A stretch of DNA of 64,000 nucleotides from a virus. The notes beneath the pieces are model-generated. The model did not search any database and had not been told where the DNA came from. It worked only from the letters and a program-made list of their open reading frames with translations. The position numbers and the translations under genes are program-made. The DNA lies in IMG/VR virus record IMGVR_UViG_3300042731_005759, positions 112,088 to 176,087 of that record; one strand, written 5' to 3'. The number at the start of each line of letters is the position of its first letter. Within the stretch, counting starts at the first letter, position 1. Positions 51,894 through 61,998 of the stretch are shown piece by piece.

Positions 51894-51992
51894 ATGTATA
51901 TAGTAAACGAATTTGAAGAAACAATAGATAATATAACTTACATTATTACTGAGTGGAGTAATGGTGAGGTAATTTTAATTGAAAAAGAATAA
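51894..51992 (+). CDS. Micro-ORF (32 aa), absent from the ORF track
   Basis: MYIVNEFEETIDNITYIITEWSNGEVILIEKE*; fills the gap with a TAATG overlap. Confidence 0.5.
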   Translation: MYIVNEFEETIDNITYIITEWSNGEVILIEKE

Positions 51993-52219
51993 TGGGAATA
52001 ATACCAGCAACAGGTACTGAAGTGAGTATGGGGAGGATATCAAGAGCCTTAGGACTCACTGGTGCTTACCCCCCACCTGCTGGTTCAAACATTAAATTAA
52101 ATGGTACATTAGGTATCAATAGAAGTAATGCCATTACGCCGATAACAGACATTCCAACAGGATCACAAACAGAGGAGTCCACAGATTTCGGTGGATTAGA
52201 CACACCAAATCCATACTAA
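51992..52219 (+). CDS. Small fibre-associated protein
   Basis: MGIIPATGTEVSMG N-terminus resembles small tail-fibre accessory proteins. Confidence 0.55.
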   Translation: MGIIPATGTEVSMGRISRALGLTGAYPPPAGSNIKLNGTLGINRSNAITPITDIPTGSQTEESTDFGGLDTPNPY

Positions 52220-52272
52220 CCTTTATAATCTTAGTTTATTTACTTATATTTTTATCTATAGGTTTATAAACA

Positions 52273-52716
52273 ATGCTCAAATTTAATAATAGACATTCTG
52301 AATATGAAAATCTCTACCTTAAGTGGGAAGGTATTCAATACGACAGAAAAAAATTAAAGAGATTTATACGTAGATATAATTTTGTATATATTCTTTCTTT
52401 CATATTTAAATCATATAGAAATGAGTTAGAAATATTAAAAAAAGTTATTGATCATTACGGTAGATCAAGAATACTACAATTAACCACAAATAATGAGTAT
52501 GCATCACGATTATCACATATTGAAAGATTATCAAGAATTGGTTCAAGTGAAATACTTACTAAAGGAACTTATAAACCCGAGACTTATAGAGTAATAAGTA
52601 ATTTACCGAAAAGGGACTATGATCTTATAACGAAAAGAACTCAGGAATTAATAAAAATTGGTCAGTCTGTTTATACACAAGACGATGAATTAAGTAAATC
52701 ATTACCTTCGGATTGA
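52273..52716 (+). CDS. Hypothetical protein
   Basis: 147-aa ORF. Confidence 0.6.
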   Translation: MLKFNNRHSEYENLYLKWEGIQYDRKKLKRFIRRYNFVYILSFIFKSYRNELEILKKVIDHYGRSRILQLTTNNEYASRLSHIERLSRIGSSEILTKGTYKPETYRVISNLPKRDYDLITKRTQELIKIGQSVYTQDDELSKSLPSD

Positions 52717-53369
52717 AATCAAAGAATAATACATCCATTTGGTTGAATCAACCACTTAAAGTCTCAATCGTTGTACCGACAAGAGACACAGTACATAGTG
52801 GTTTTGCGTTTTCTTTAAGTCAACTCATAAAAACCTCCGAAAATTTGAATATTGAGACCTTTTTATTTTTTAATTCAGGTTCAGTACTACTAACTCAACG
52901 AGAAAAATTAGTCAACTCTTCCGTTGATGTTGGTGCGGATTATATTTTGTGGTTAGATAGTGATATGACGTTCCCATCAACAACATTAACTAGGTTATTA
53001 TCACATAATAAGAATATTGTTGGATGTAATTACAAAAAAAGATCAAACCCGCAGACACCAGTTGCTTATAAAGAGGTGGGTAATTGGGATAGTTGGTTAC
53101 CGTTGGATGAGGAAAAAAGTTTAGTTGAGGTCCAAGGGGTTGGTATGGGTTGTATTTTGATTAAAACAGAACTTTTTAAAAAAATAAATAAACCATATTT
53201 TGAATTCACTTATAATGAGGAGACTGACGATTGGTTAGGTGAGGATTTTAATTTATTCAGTAAATTTAGAAATATTGGTGAAAATATATACATAGATACG
53301 GATTTGAGTAGGGAAATTGGTCATTTAGGAATCTACAAATTTGGTTTAACAACCAAAAACAAATCTTAA
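52713..53369 (+). CDS. GT-A fold glycosyltransferase (GT2-like)
   Basis: VSIVVPT, YILWLDSDM, GVGMGCILIK, GEDFNL, IGHLG. Confidence 0.8.
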   Translation: MKSKNNTSIWLNQPLKVSIVVPTRDTVHSGFAFSLSQLIKTSENLNIETFLFFNSGSVLLTQREKLVNSSVDVGADYILWLDSDMTFPSTTLTRLLSHNKNIVGCNYKKRSNPQTPVAYKEVGNWDSWLPLDEEKSLVEVQGVGMGCILIKTELFKKINKPYFEFTYNEETDDWLGEDFNLFSKFRNIGENIYIDTDLSREIGHLGIYKFGLTTKNKS

Positions 53370-53415
53370 TCAAAATAGACTTTCCTTTTAATTTTTTTTT
53401 ATTTATTCTTTATGT

Positions 53416-54162
53416 ATGAATCACATTGGTTTCGGTATTATGTGCTTCGGAGACCTAATGTACTTTAGGGGCACGACAGAAAAAATAGATAACCTCACAA
53501 AAAGAGGTTACAACTGTTACGTTCTTACAGATAATAGAGACTTTTTTGTAGAAAAATATTGGGGCAAATCAGTTAAGGTGATTTCTTATGATAGATCCTT
53601 TAAGTCATACCACGATAAAATACATTTGGTAAAAGAGATACACAACTTTCATCAGATTGCAATTCTAATTGACGCTGATTCGTTTATTACCGATTACGAT
53701 GTTTTTAGAAGATTAGAAATTTTTGAATACCAAGAAGGTATTTCTTATGTGGACACATTATCAAATCACAAAGCTAAGTTTGGTACTGTTGGTGAGATAC
53801 CTATGGACAGTAAAGAGTGGAAAGAATATGAAAAATACTGTTTGGGTAAATTCAAAAACTTTAAAGATTTAGAGACTATATGGGAATATTTCATAGTCTT
53901 TAATAGATTAGGGTTCAAGAGTAAATCATTCTTTTATGAATACGATAAACTACAAATTATAAAAGAATATTGTGACATCTCATTTGATAAAAGTGTTTCT
54001 GGTGCGGGAGAGGGAATATCCATCGCGTTGGCATCACAATTAAGTGGAAATAAAGTACAAAGAGATTTAAGATTATCAACAATAACAACTAACACAATAA
54101 GACCGATAACAAAATACACACCATCTAATCAAAGACCAAGTTTCATGAAAAATGATAAGTAA
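53416..54162 (+). CDS. Putative glycosyltransferase-like protein
   Basis: VLTDN, SYHDK, ILIDADS (DxD), GAGEG. Confidence 0.5.
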   Translation: MNHIGFGIMCFGDLMYFRGTTEKIDNLTKRGYNCYVLTDNRDFFVEKYWGKSVKVISYDRSFKSYHDKIHLVKEIHNFHQIAILIDADSFITDYDVFRRLEIFEYQEGISYVDTLSNHKAKFGTVGEIPMDSKEWKEYEKYCLGKFKNFKDLETIWEYFIVFNRLGFKSKSFFYEYDKLQIIKEYCDISFDKSVSGAGEGISIALASQLSGNKVQRDLRLSTITTNTIRPITKYTPSNQRPSFMKNDK

Positions 54163-54880
54163 TCAAGGTTACATAGAAGAAAATATCACCACTGATAATG
54201 GGAAAAAATTACCATTTATTTGGACTCATGGTGCAACAACAAAACACATGGGTGATGGTTGGATTGTTTATTCACTAATACAACACATGAGATATAAAAA
54301 TTGTGTCTGTATCGGATCGGGCGGGGGTTTTATCCCAAGGATCATGAGTCAATCAAGATTAGATTTACATTCTCAAGAAATATTTGTTGGTGATAAGGAT
54401 TATAATTGGGGTGATATTGGGGCGACTTATGTTGTAGACCCCTGTAATGGTGTTGGTGGACAAAGTACAATAGATGACGAAAATGGGTTTTATAGAAAAA
54501 CATTTTACCCAAGATTTATAAAAGAAACTTCGGAGAACGCGTTTTACGATTTCTTCGTCAAAGAAAACATCGATATTGATTTACTCTTTATCGATGGGGA
54601 TCATTCATATGAAGGTGTGAAGAAGGACTTTGATTTGTATTCAACAATATTAAATCCTAAAGGATTGATATTGCTTCATGATACTGATTATACATATTCC
54701 GAAACCCTTTTAGTGTCAGAAGATGCAAAAAAAGACTTCTTCCCCTTCGATGGTCCTTCTAAATTAGTAAAAGAACTAAAAAATAATGACGAGTGGGTTG
54801 TTTTGGACCTATTTAACCATGGTTTATTAAAAACTAAACCATCTTCAACAGGACTAACGATAGTAAAAAGAAATGATTAG
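54152..54880 (+). CDS. Class I SAM-dependent methyltransferase (Methyltransf_24-like)
   Basis: IGSGGG, IDLLFIDGDHSYEGVKKDF, ILLHD. Confidence 0.82.
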   Translation: MISNQGYIEENITTDNGKKLPFIWTHGATTKHMGDGWIVYSLIQHMRYKNCVCIGSGGGFIPRIMSQSRLDLHSQEIFVGDKDYNWGDIGATYVVDPCNGVGGQSTIDDENGFYRKTFYPRFIKETSENAFYDFFVKENIDIDLLFIDGDHSYEGVKKDFDLYSTILNPKGLILLHDTDYTYSETLLVSEDAKKDFFPFDGPSKLVKELKNNDEWVVLDLFNHGLLKTKPSSTGLTIVKRND

Positions 54881-55727
54881 ATTATTATGTGTTTTAGGTC
54901 ATGGATATGAGTTACTACCTCATTTTATAGAACACTACTCAAAATATGTGGACGAATTAAATTTTGTTCTTTATGAATCAGAATTAACACCAAGGATCGT
55001 AAATAGATCTAAACCAATTATTAATTCATATGATAATTGTAAAATATTAGGTGTTGTAAGAGAGAGGGTTTTTGATTGGGAAAAGGTTACCATACTCTAC
55101 AACATGTATAAAAGAAAGAAAAAAAATGATTGGTGGGTTATTGCCGACATTGACGAGTTCCAACTCTACCCCAATAATGACTTAGAATCATTAGTACAAT
55201 CTTGTGATGATAATTTGTGGGACATTGTAAGAGGTGGTTTTATTGATAGGATTGGAGATTCGGGTGAGTTCCCAAAATTAGAAAATGACATACCGATATT
55301 TGAACAGTTTCCATACGCGGGATTTTTCAGATATCCAATGAGTGATGCGTGTCCTAATAAAGTATCACTTGTGAAAGGACACATCAAGATTACTAATGGT
55401 CAACATTATGCGGAGATAAATGGACAAACTACTTGGAGATGGCAGGGTTGGGGACACCCAACAATCGCACCATATCAAACACATTCTGTACAGGTACATC
55501 ATTTCAAATGGGACCAAACTGTGGTTAGAAGAATAAAAAGAGTTGCGGATGTCAACCAACCATATGCGTTCTCCAAAGAATATAGGAGAATGTATGATGA
55601 GTTAAGAAGAAACGATTTTAGATTAAATCTAAGAAAACGGGATCATATGTTTTTAAAATGTGATAAACCCGATTATAATCAGTATAAACACTGGGATAAA
55701 TTAATAAGAAAAATAGTAAGTATATAA
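54873..55727 (+). CDS. Glycosyltransferase family 2-like protein
   Basis: LPHFIEHY, WWVIADIDEF, GQH, VHHFKW. Confidence 0.75.
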   Translation: MIRLLCVLGHGYELLPHFIEHYSKYVDELNFVLYESELTPRIVNRSKPIINSYDNCKILGVVRERVFDWEKVTILYNMYKRKKKNDWWVIADIDEFQLYPNNDLESLVQSCDDNLWDIVRGGFIDRIGDSGEFPKLENDIPIFEQFPYAGFFRYPMSDACPNKVSLVKGHIKITNGQHYAEINGQTTWRWQGWGHPTIAPYQTHSVQVHHFKWDQTVVRRIKRVADVNQPYAFSKEYRRMYDELRRNDFRLNLRKRDHMFLKCDKPDYNQYKHWDKLIRKIVSI

Positions 55728-55730
55728 ATT

Positions 55731-55943
55731 ATGGCAAAAAAAACGAGTAACAGTATTGAAGAAGAAAAACTATTACTTCAAAATAGACAAGTAAAAGCAT
55801 TAGAAAAAATTGCAAACTGTTTAGATGCACTCACAATATGGTTTGAAGAAATTGACAAACAAGGTTGGGATGATAGATTACAATATTATCTACATGAGTG
55901 GCATAAAAACACTATAGATGATAATGGAGAAGAAGAAAAATAA
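55731..55943 (+). CDS. Small hypothetical protein
   Basis: 70-aa ORF within the operon. Confidence 0.6.
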   Translation: MAKKTSNSIEEEKLLLQNRQVKALEKIANCLDALTIWFEEIDKQGWDDRLQYYLHEWHKNTIDDNGEEEK

Positions 55944-57339
55944 ATTAGGTGTTATTGTACCTTACAGGGATAGATATGAACATCTTATAAAATTTAAAGA
56001 AGAAATTAGTTATTATCTCGAATCAAGGAATATAGATTACACATTAATTATTGTCGAACAAGATGATGCAAAACTTTTCAATAGAGGGAAGTTATTGAAT
56101 ATCGGTTTTAAAAAGGCGGTAAAAGAGAAGTGTGACTATGTGGTATTCCACGATATTGATTTGATACCGCTGAAAGTTGATTATTCCTACAGCAATTACC
56201 CTGTTCATCTTGCCACTGATATATTAGGTAAAGAGAACTTTGAAAGAGAAATATTTGACTCATATTTTGGTGGAGTAACGATATTCCCAATAGAGGACTT
56301 TGAGATAGTTAATGGGTATTCTAATGTTTATTGGGGATGGGGTTTTGAAGATGATGATCTTTTTAAAAGATGTGTTGACAAAGGGTTACCATATGATAAA
56401 AGGTCCATCAACGTACAGGGAGGTTCACAAGTTTCATTAGACTTTAATGGTACGAATTCAAGTATTGAAACAAAATTTAACGGAGATCTCAAAACAAAAA
56501 CAACCTTTGTGGTTTCATTCGAACCAGGTGATATATTTTGTAAGGAGGATGAAAATTATGATAGATACACAGTACTTTCAATTCCTTCTATAAATTTTAG
56601 TATATCGTATGATTCTTTCAAAAGATATAAAGTCTTGTTTAAGGATGGTCACGATAAATGGAGTTATATTGATAGTGAAATATTACCCCCACACAAAACA
56701 ACCATAATTGTAACAATTGACCCTATTAGAAAGTTTGTTAAAATGTATCAAGATGGTACCCAAATTGGCCAATTCAAAATTACGGGAAACTTTAGTAGAG
56801 TGAAAGATAAACCAATGTTTATTGGTTCAAAAAATGGGAAAGAAGAATTTTTTAAAGGAACAATATCCCAAGTGGCGGTCTTTAATACAATCCCTAAAAA
56901 AGAAGAATTAGAGATAATATCAAAAAACTATACTTTTTCATTGACCACCGACTTTTCAGGATACACCCACAAAGACTCATTAATACAATATTTTGATATG
57001 AAATATCTTTTAGGATATAGATTAGTCGATTTATGTCGACCAACAGAAACTTATGAAATAGAAAACTGTGAGATAGTTGGTACTAACATTATTAGAGAAT
57101 TTCATATAAAAGTACCAAACAGAAGAAAATGTTACTTCAATCCTTTAAAACATGAAAGTTCAGGTTATAAAAATGGTGGGTGGACTGATGATAATATTAG
57201 ATATAATCAACTTAGATTTCATAACGAAATGGACAAGGGGTTTAGAAATCCCGATGAGGATGGTCTATCAAACTTAGAATACAAAGTATGGAATGAGACT
57301 AAAGTAAATAATCAAATACATTTAAATGTTGGGGTGTGA
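55918..57339 (+). CDS. GT7 (beta-1,4-galactosyltransferase-like) enzyme with an inserted LamG-like domain
   Basis: IVPYRDR, FNRGKLLN, FHDIDLIP, YFGGV, NGYSNVYWGWGFEDDD, DGLSNLEY. Confidence 0.85.
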   Translation: MIMEKKKNKLGVIVPYRDRYEHLIKFKEEISYYLESRNIDYTLIIVEQDDAKLFNRGKLLNIGFKKAVKEKCDYVVFHDIDLIPLKVDYSYSNYPVHLATDILGKENFEREIFDSYFGGVTIFPIEDFEIVNGYSNVYWGWGFEDDDLFKRCVDKGLPYDKRSINVQGGSQVSLDFNGTNSSIETKFNGDLKTKTTFVVSFEPGDIFCKEDENYDRYTVLSIPSINFSISYDSFKRYKVLFKDGHDKWSYIDSEILPPHKTTIIVTIDPIRKFVKMYQDGTQIGQFKITGNFSRVKDKPMFIGSKNGKEEFFKGTISQVAVFNTIPKKEELEIISKNYTFSLTTDFSGYTHKDSLIQYFDMKYLLGYRLVDLCRPTETYEIENCEIVGTNIIREFHIKVPNRRKCYFNPLKHESSGYKNGGWTDDNIRYNQLRFHNEMDKGFRNPDEDGLSNLEYKVWNETKVNNQIHLNVGV

Positions 57340-58727
57340 GGTTAGGTGTTTGTATACCATATAGAAATAGAAAAGAACATTTAGAGAGACTTCTACCCAA
57401 GTTAAAGGAACACTTGGGCAAACAAGGTATCGAGTATAAAGTATATGTTGGACACCAAGTTGATGATAAGTTATTTAATAGAGGTGCAATGAAAAACATT
57501 GCAGCAATTAGAGCGTTTGAAGATGGTTGTGACTACATTGCTTGGCACGATGTTGACATGTATCCTAATGATTTAAGTTGTGATTACTCTTATCCTGAAA
57601 AAACACCAATACATATAGCAACTAAACTATCAAAATATTCATATTCTATGGGGTATGAACAATATTTTGGTGGAGTAGTGCTTTTTAATAAAGAACAAGT
57701 AGAAAAAACTAACGGATATTCGAATGAGTATTGGGATTGGGGACAAGAAGATGACGATCTATTTTGGAGATGTGATTTTGAGAATTACTCAAATAAAAAC
57801 ACCTTTCAAAATATAACAAAAGACAATGTCAAAAAATTTAATGGGAGATCATCCTTCATATCATTTGACACTAATAGAGAGATTAGTTTATCACTTTTTA
57901 GAAATCACACTATTTCAGTTTTAGTTTCTCCCGACCAACAACCTGATGTAGTGCCAATTTGGTTGGTTGGAGATCAAGAAAGAAAATTCATAGAATATCC
58001 AATATTAAGAAAAGATGGTAGTTGGACTTGGGGTCTATCATTTAATAATTCAAGGGCTCTATCAACACTACATTTCGATATTCAAAATAACCCAATATAC
58101 CATTGGGGAAAGTCAGTAGAGAACAATTGGGCGTGGTTCACAATATCATATGATTATGATAACCAACAATTAAGATTATTTATTAATAATCAACTTATTT
58201 CAAACAATGGGGATACCCTCAAATCAGAACCAATAAGTCTTTCAAATAAATTAAGATCACATAATTCAACAGGATCTTTCTTTTTAGGTAGATGTATCCA
58301 AACTAATAATTATTTCAAGGGTAAGATATCTGATCTTAAAATATACAATAGGTCATTCGATACTTTTGAAGAGTGTCAGGAGAACACAACCAACATCATA
58401 TATGATATTAATGAGGATAATGAACTATTAGAAAATAATATAGAGTACTCACAAGAAGAAATTGAAATAAACAACAATATTTTACCTCACAGAAGAGAAG
58501 GTTCATTTTATTGTTTACCACACGTAGATGAGGGTTTGGTTGATGGTAAATGGGCTAAAGGTGAAACGACCGCAAGGAATGAAAAAAGGTTTGTTACTCA
58601 AATGCAACAAGGTAAAATAAATTACAAAGAAGACGGTATTAATAATACTAAAGAAAAATTAGATATTATAAGTATTGACGATAAGACATATGAAAATACC
58701 GAAATTATAAATGTGGAAATGAAATGA
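57336..58727 (+). CDS. Second GT7 enzyme with an inserted LamG-like domain
   Basis: IPYRNR, FNRGAMKN, WHDVDM, YFGGV, NGYSNEYWDWGQEDDD, EDGIN. Confidence 0.85.
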   Translation: MRLGVCIPYRNRKEHLERLLPKLKEHLGKQGIEYKVYVGHQVDDKLFNRGAMKNIAAIRAFEDGCDYIAWHDVDMYPNDLSCDYSYPEKTPIHIATKLSKYSYSMGYEQYFGGVVLFNKEQVEKTNGYSNEYWDWGQEDDDLFWRCDFENYSNKNTFQNITKDNVKKFNGRSSFISFDTNREISLSLFRNHTISVLVSPDQQPDVVPIWLVGDQERKFIEYPILRKDGSWTWGLSFNNSRALSTLHFDIQNNPIYHWGKSVENNWAWFTISYDYDNQQLRLFINNQLISNNGDTLKSEPISLSNKLRSHNSTGSFFLGRCIQTNNYFKGKISDLKIYNRSFDTFEECQENTTNIIYDINEDNELLENNIEYSQEEIEINNNILPHRREGSFYCLPHVDEGLVDGKWAKGETTARNEKRFVTQMQQGKINYKEDGINNTKEKLDIISIDDKTYENTEIINVEMK

Positions 58728-59746
58728 AAAAAATATTAATATTAGGTGGTGGTGGATTTATCGGTGGATACTTCAGTAAGAAGTTTTACGATGAAGGTCA
58801 CTACGTAAGAACTGTCGACATAAAAGAACATGAATATCTTAAAGATTTCTGTAGTGAATTTGTAAAAGGAGATCTAAGAGATCCGAATTTTGTATCAAAC
58901 ATATTCAGATTAGAAAAAGACCCAAACCATAGTGAAATAATTTACTCATATTCTCATTTTAAACAACCTTTCACCACAATCGATGTGTTTGATGAGGTTT
59001 ATCAGTTTGCCGCTGATATGGGCGGTGCAGGATACATCTTTACTGGTGATAACGATGCGAATGTGATGCACAACTCCGCAACAATTAACTTGAATGTTTT
59101 GGATACTATGGTCAAGACGAAAACAAAAAAGGTATTTTACTCCTCTTCAGCTTGTATCTATCCCGAACATAATCAATTAGATCCAAATAACCCAAATTGT
59201 GAAGAGTCTTCCGCTTACCCAGCAAATCCTGATTCAGAGTATGGGTGGGAAAAACTATTTAGTGAAAGACTTTATTTGTCATATCATAGGAATTATGGGT
59301 TAGACGTAAGGATCGGTAGATTCCATAATATTTTTGGTCCATACGGAACATTTCAAGGAGGAAAAGAGAAAGCGCCCGCTGCACTCTGTAGAAAAGTAAT
59401 CCAATCTCAAAACAACCAAATTGATGTTTGGGGAGATGGGGAACAAACACGTTCATTTTTATTCATAGAAGAATGTTTTGAGGGGGTAATTAAATTTATG
59501 GAATCTGACTTTTTAGGACCATTAAATATTGGTAGTGATGAGATGGTTACAATTAATGATTTGGCTAAAAAGATAATTCAGATTAGTGGTAAAGAAATTA
59601 AGTTACAACATATCGATGGACCTTTAGGTGTTAGAGGTAGAAACAGCGATAATAATTTAATCTATGATAAATTAAAATGGAGACCATCTAAACCTCTTAC
59701 GTATGGTTTAGAAAAAACATATAAATGGATATTAGAACAATTATAA
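58724..59746 (+). CDS. NAD-dependent sugar epimerase, GDP-mannose 3,5-epimerase-like
   Basis: GGGGFIG, AADMGGAG, YSSSACIY, YGWEK, RFHNIFGP, GVRGRNSDN. Confidence 0.88.
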   Translation: MKKILILGGGGFIGGYFSKKFYDEGHYVRTVDIKEHEYLKDFCSEFVKGDLRDPNFVSNIFRLEKDPNHSEIIYSYSHFKQPFTTIDVFDEVYQFAADMGGAGYIFTGDNDANVMHNSATINLNVLDTMVKTKTKKVFYSSSACIYPEHNQLDPNNPNCEESSAYPANPDSEYGWEKLFSERLYLSYHRNYGLDVRIGRFHNIFGPYGTFQGGKEKAPAALCRKVIQSQNNQIDVWGDGEQTRSFLFIEECFEGVIKFMESDFLGPLNIGSDEMVTINDLAKKIIQISGKEIKLQHIDGPLGVRGRNSDNNLIYDKLKWRPSKPLTYGLEKTYKWILEQL

Positions 59747-59761
59747 AATGAGTCTGAGTAG

Positions 59762-59790
59762 TTTACATAGTAAGTAAAAATACGTATATT
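59762..59790 (+). promoter_or_regulatory. Sigma70-type promoter
   Basis: TTTACA-N17-TATATT. Confidence 0.6.
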
Positions 59791-59802
59791 ATATAAAAAA
59801 AT

Positions 59803-61236
59803 ATGGCAGAAGATACAGTTGGTGGTTTTAAAGATCTTACAAATGAAAATGAGATCTATGTCAACACAAAAAATAAATTAGACAATATCGGTTGTGGTAT
59901 GTGTCTTGCTAAGTGGACCCAAGTGACAATACACTTACAAAATGGTCACACACACTCGTGTCACCATCCAAGAACACACAAAATATCAGAATCAGAAATT
60001 AGTAGAAATCCCTCTGCACTACATAATACTCGTTTTAAAAAATTAAAACGTAAGGAAATGTTAGAGGGTGGTCGTCCCTCGGAGTGTGATTATTGTTGGA
60101 ACGTCGAAGATAATTCTGACAGATTTTCGGATAGGGTGTTTAAATCTTCTGAACCTTGGTCATTACCACATTTTGATGAAATAACACAAAATGATTGGAG
60201 AACAGATTTTAACCCAAGATATGTAGAGGTGGCATTTTCAAATAAATGTAATTTCAAATGTTCCTATTGTGCACCACAATTTTCATCTAAGTGGATGAGT
60301 GAGGTGGAACAGTTTGGTGGATACGATACAAGTTCGAGATTTAATTCTCCTGAACACATGAATAATGAGTCCACTAAACCATTTAAACACAATGAGTATA
60401 ATCCCTACGTTGAGGCATTTTGGAAATGGTGGCCAGATTTATACAATGATTTAGATACTTTTAGAATTACAGGCGGTGAACCACTCCTTTCAAAAGATAC
60501 TTGGAAAGTTTTGGACTATATCCTTGAACAGAAAGAACCAAACAAAAATCTAAAGATTGCAATAAATTCTAATTTAGGTATACCCGATAATTTGGTCGAT
60601 AAACTTATCGATAAAATAAATAAGATTACCGATGAGGGTAGAGTAAAAGAATTTGTTTTATTTACCTCTGCCGATACATGGGGAGATCATGCGGAATATA
60701 TTAGAAACGGATTAGTATTCAATAAGTTTTGGGATAATATCAATAAAATATTGAGTAAATGTCCAAAGGTGGTTATCACTTTTATGGTTACATATAATGC
60801 CCTGTCAGTCCTAAGATATAATAAATTAATAAAAGGGGTTTACGATCTTAAGGAGACTTACAACTCAAGTGATAGATATTGGAACTCCGCGGTGTTCTTA
60901 GATACCTCATATCTAAGATACCCTGGTCACCAAACAGTTCAAGTATTACCTGAAAGTTTCGCACCATTAGTCTTTGAACAAGCAAAATATGCGGATTTCC
61001 TAAGTACTATTGAATTCAATCATACACATATCGGGTATTCAGACATAGAAATACAAAAAATAAAAAGAACATACGATTGGATGATTTCAGATAAGGATCC
61101 CCAAAAGTTACTCACCCTACAAAGGGATTTTCACATCTTTTTCAAAGAACATGATAGAAGAAGGGGTACCAATTTCGTAAAAACATTCCCTGAGTTAGAG
61201 GAATTTTATAATTATTGTGGAGAAATAAAATTATGA
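59803..61236 (+). CDS. Radical SAM protein with an N-terminal twitch/SPASM-like region
   Basis: CNFKCSYC, ITGGEP; N-term CLAKW..SCHHP..CDYCW. Confidence 0.85.
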   Translation: MAEDTVGGFKDLTNENEIYVNTKNKLDNIGCGMCLAKWTQVTIHLQNGHTHSCHHPRTHKISESEISRNPSALHNTRFKKLKRKEMLEGGRPSECDYCWNVEDNSDRFSDRVFKSSEPWSLPHFDEITQNDWRTDFNPRYVEVAFSNKCNFKCSYCAPQFSSKWMSEVEQFGGYDTSSRFNSPEHMNNESTKPFKHNEYNPYVEAFWKWWPDLYNDLDTFRITGGEPLLSKDTWKVLDYILEQKEPNKNLKIAINSNLGIPDNLVDKLIDKINKITDEGRVKEFVLFTSADTWGDHAEYIRNGLVFNKFWDNINKILSKCPKVVITFMVTYNALSVLRYNKLIKGVYDLKETYNSSDRYWNSAVFLDTSYLRYPGHQTVQVLPESFAPLVFEQAKYADFLSTIEFNHTHIGYSDIEIQKIKRTYDWMISDKDPQKLLTLQRDFHIFFKEHDRRRGTNFVKTFPELEEFYNYCGEIKL

Positions 61237-61994
61237 GTCATATAGTAGAACATTCAAGAGCATATGCGGTACTCCCACACAGTAAGTATGGTTTATCGAC
61301 TAGTCCACCATCAAACATAATGAATGATAGTGAATACACTCTTTTTGTTAAGGTCAAAATTGAGAAACAAAAAGAAGATAATGATTCATGTATTATTGCA
61401 AGACCAGGTAGACACAGTGGATTGTTTTTCAGTAATAATAATGAACAAGGTGGTGGATATTTAAAATTCATACTTTGGGCAAAAAAGGGGGATGAATACA
61501 TCACTAAGTATGATGATGTTTACATCGAAGAAAATGATTTAGGTAAAGAATTAATACTTCACACAACAAGAGATAGTGAAAACAATTTTAAATTCTTCAT
61601 TAATGGAGAAGTTAAATCGGAAGTTAAAATAGAGAACGGTGAAGAGTTAATTGATTATAGGGGAGAACCATACTATATAGGTGCAGGTAACCCTTTCTCA
61701 ATCGATCCCGTTTTTTGTAATTACGGTGAATTTGAATTTCACTTTGTTGGGCTAGTAAGTAAAGAAATTTCTTATGAAGATATACTTTCATATTCGTCAA
61801 ATATAATTAAACATGAAAGACATGGTTTAAATGTTTTGTCTAATGACTTTGAGTTAAAAAAACACACTAGTTTTTATTTTGATTTCGAGAACATTTCAAG
61901 ATATAGAATTTGGGACGTATCTGATAATGGTAATCACCTCAATCTTCATTGGAATGAGAGAGATGATTTAATAGAAGACAAAGGATTAATTTAA
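61233..61994 (+). CDS. LamG-like protein
   Basis: ATGA-coupled start; FFINGE, PYYIGAG, IWDVSDNGNH. Confidence 0.55.
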   Translation: MSHIVEHSRAYAVLPHSKYGLSTSPPSNIMNDSEYTLFVKVKIEKQKEDNDSCIIARPGRHSGLFFSNNNEQGGGYLKFILWAKKGDEYITKYDDVYIEENDLGKELILHTTRDSENNFKFFINGEVKSEVKIENGEELIDYRGEPYYIGAGNPFSIDPVFCNYGEFEFHFVGLVSKEISYEDILSYSSNIIKHERHGLNVLSNDFELKKHTSFYFDFENISRYRIWDVSDNGNHLNLHWNERDDLIEDKGLI

Positions 61995-61998
61995 AGTT

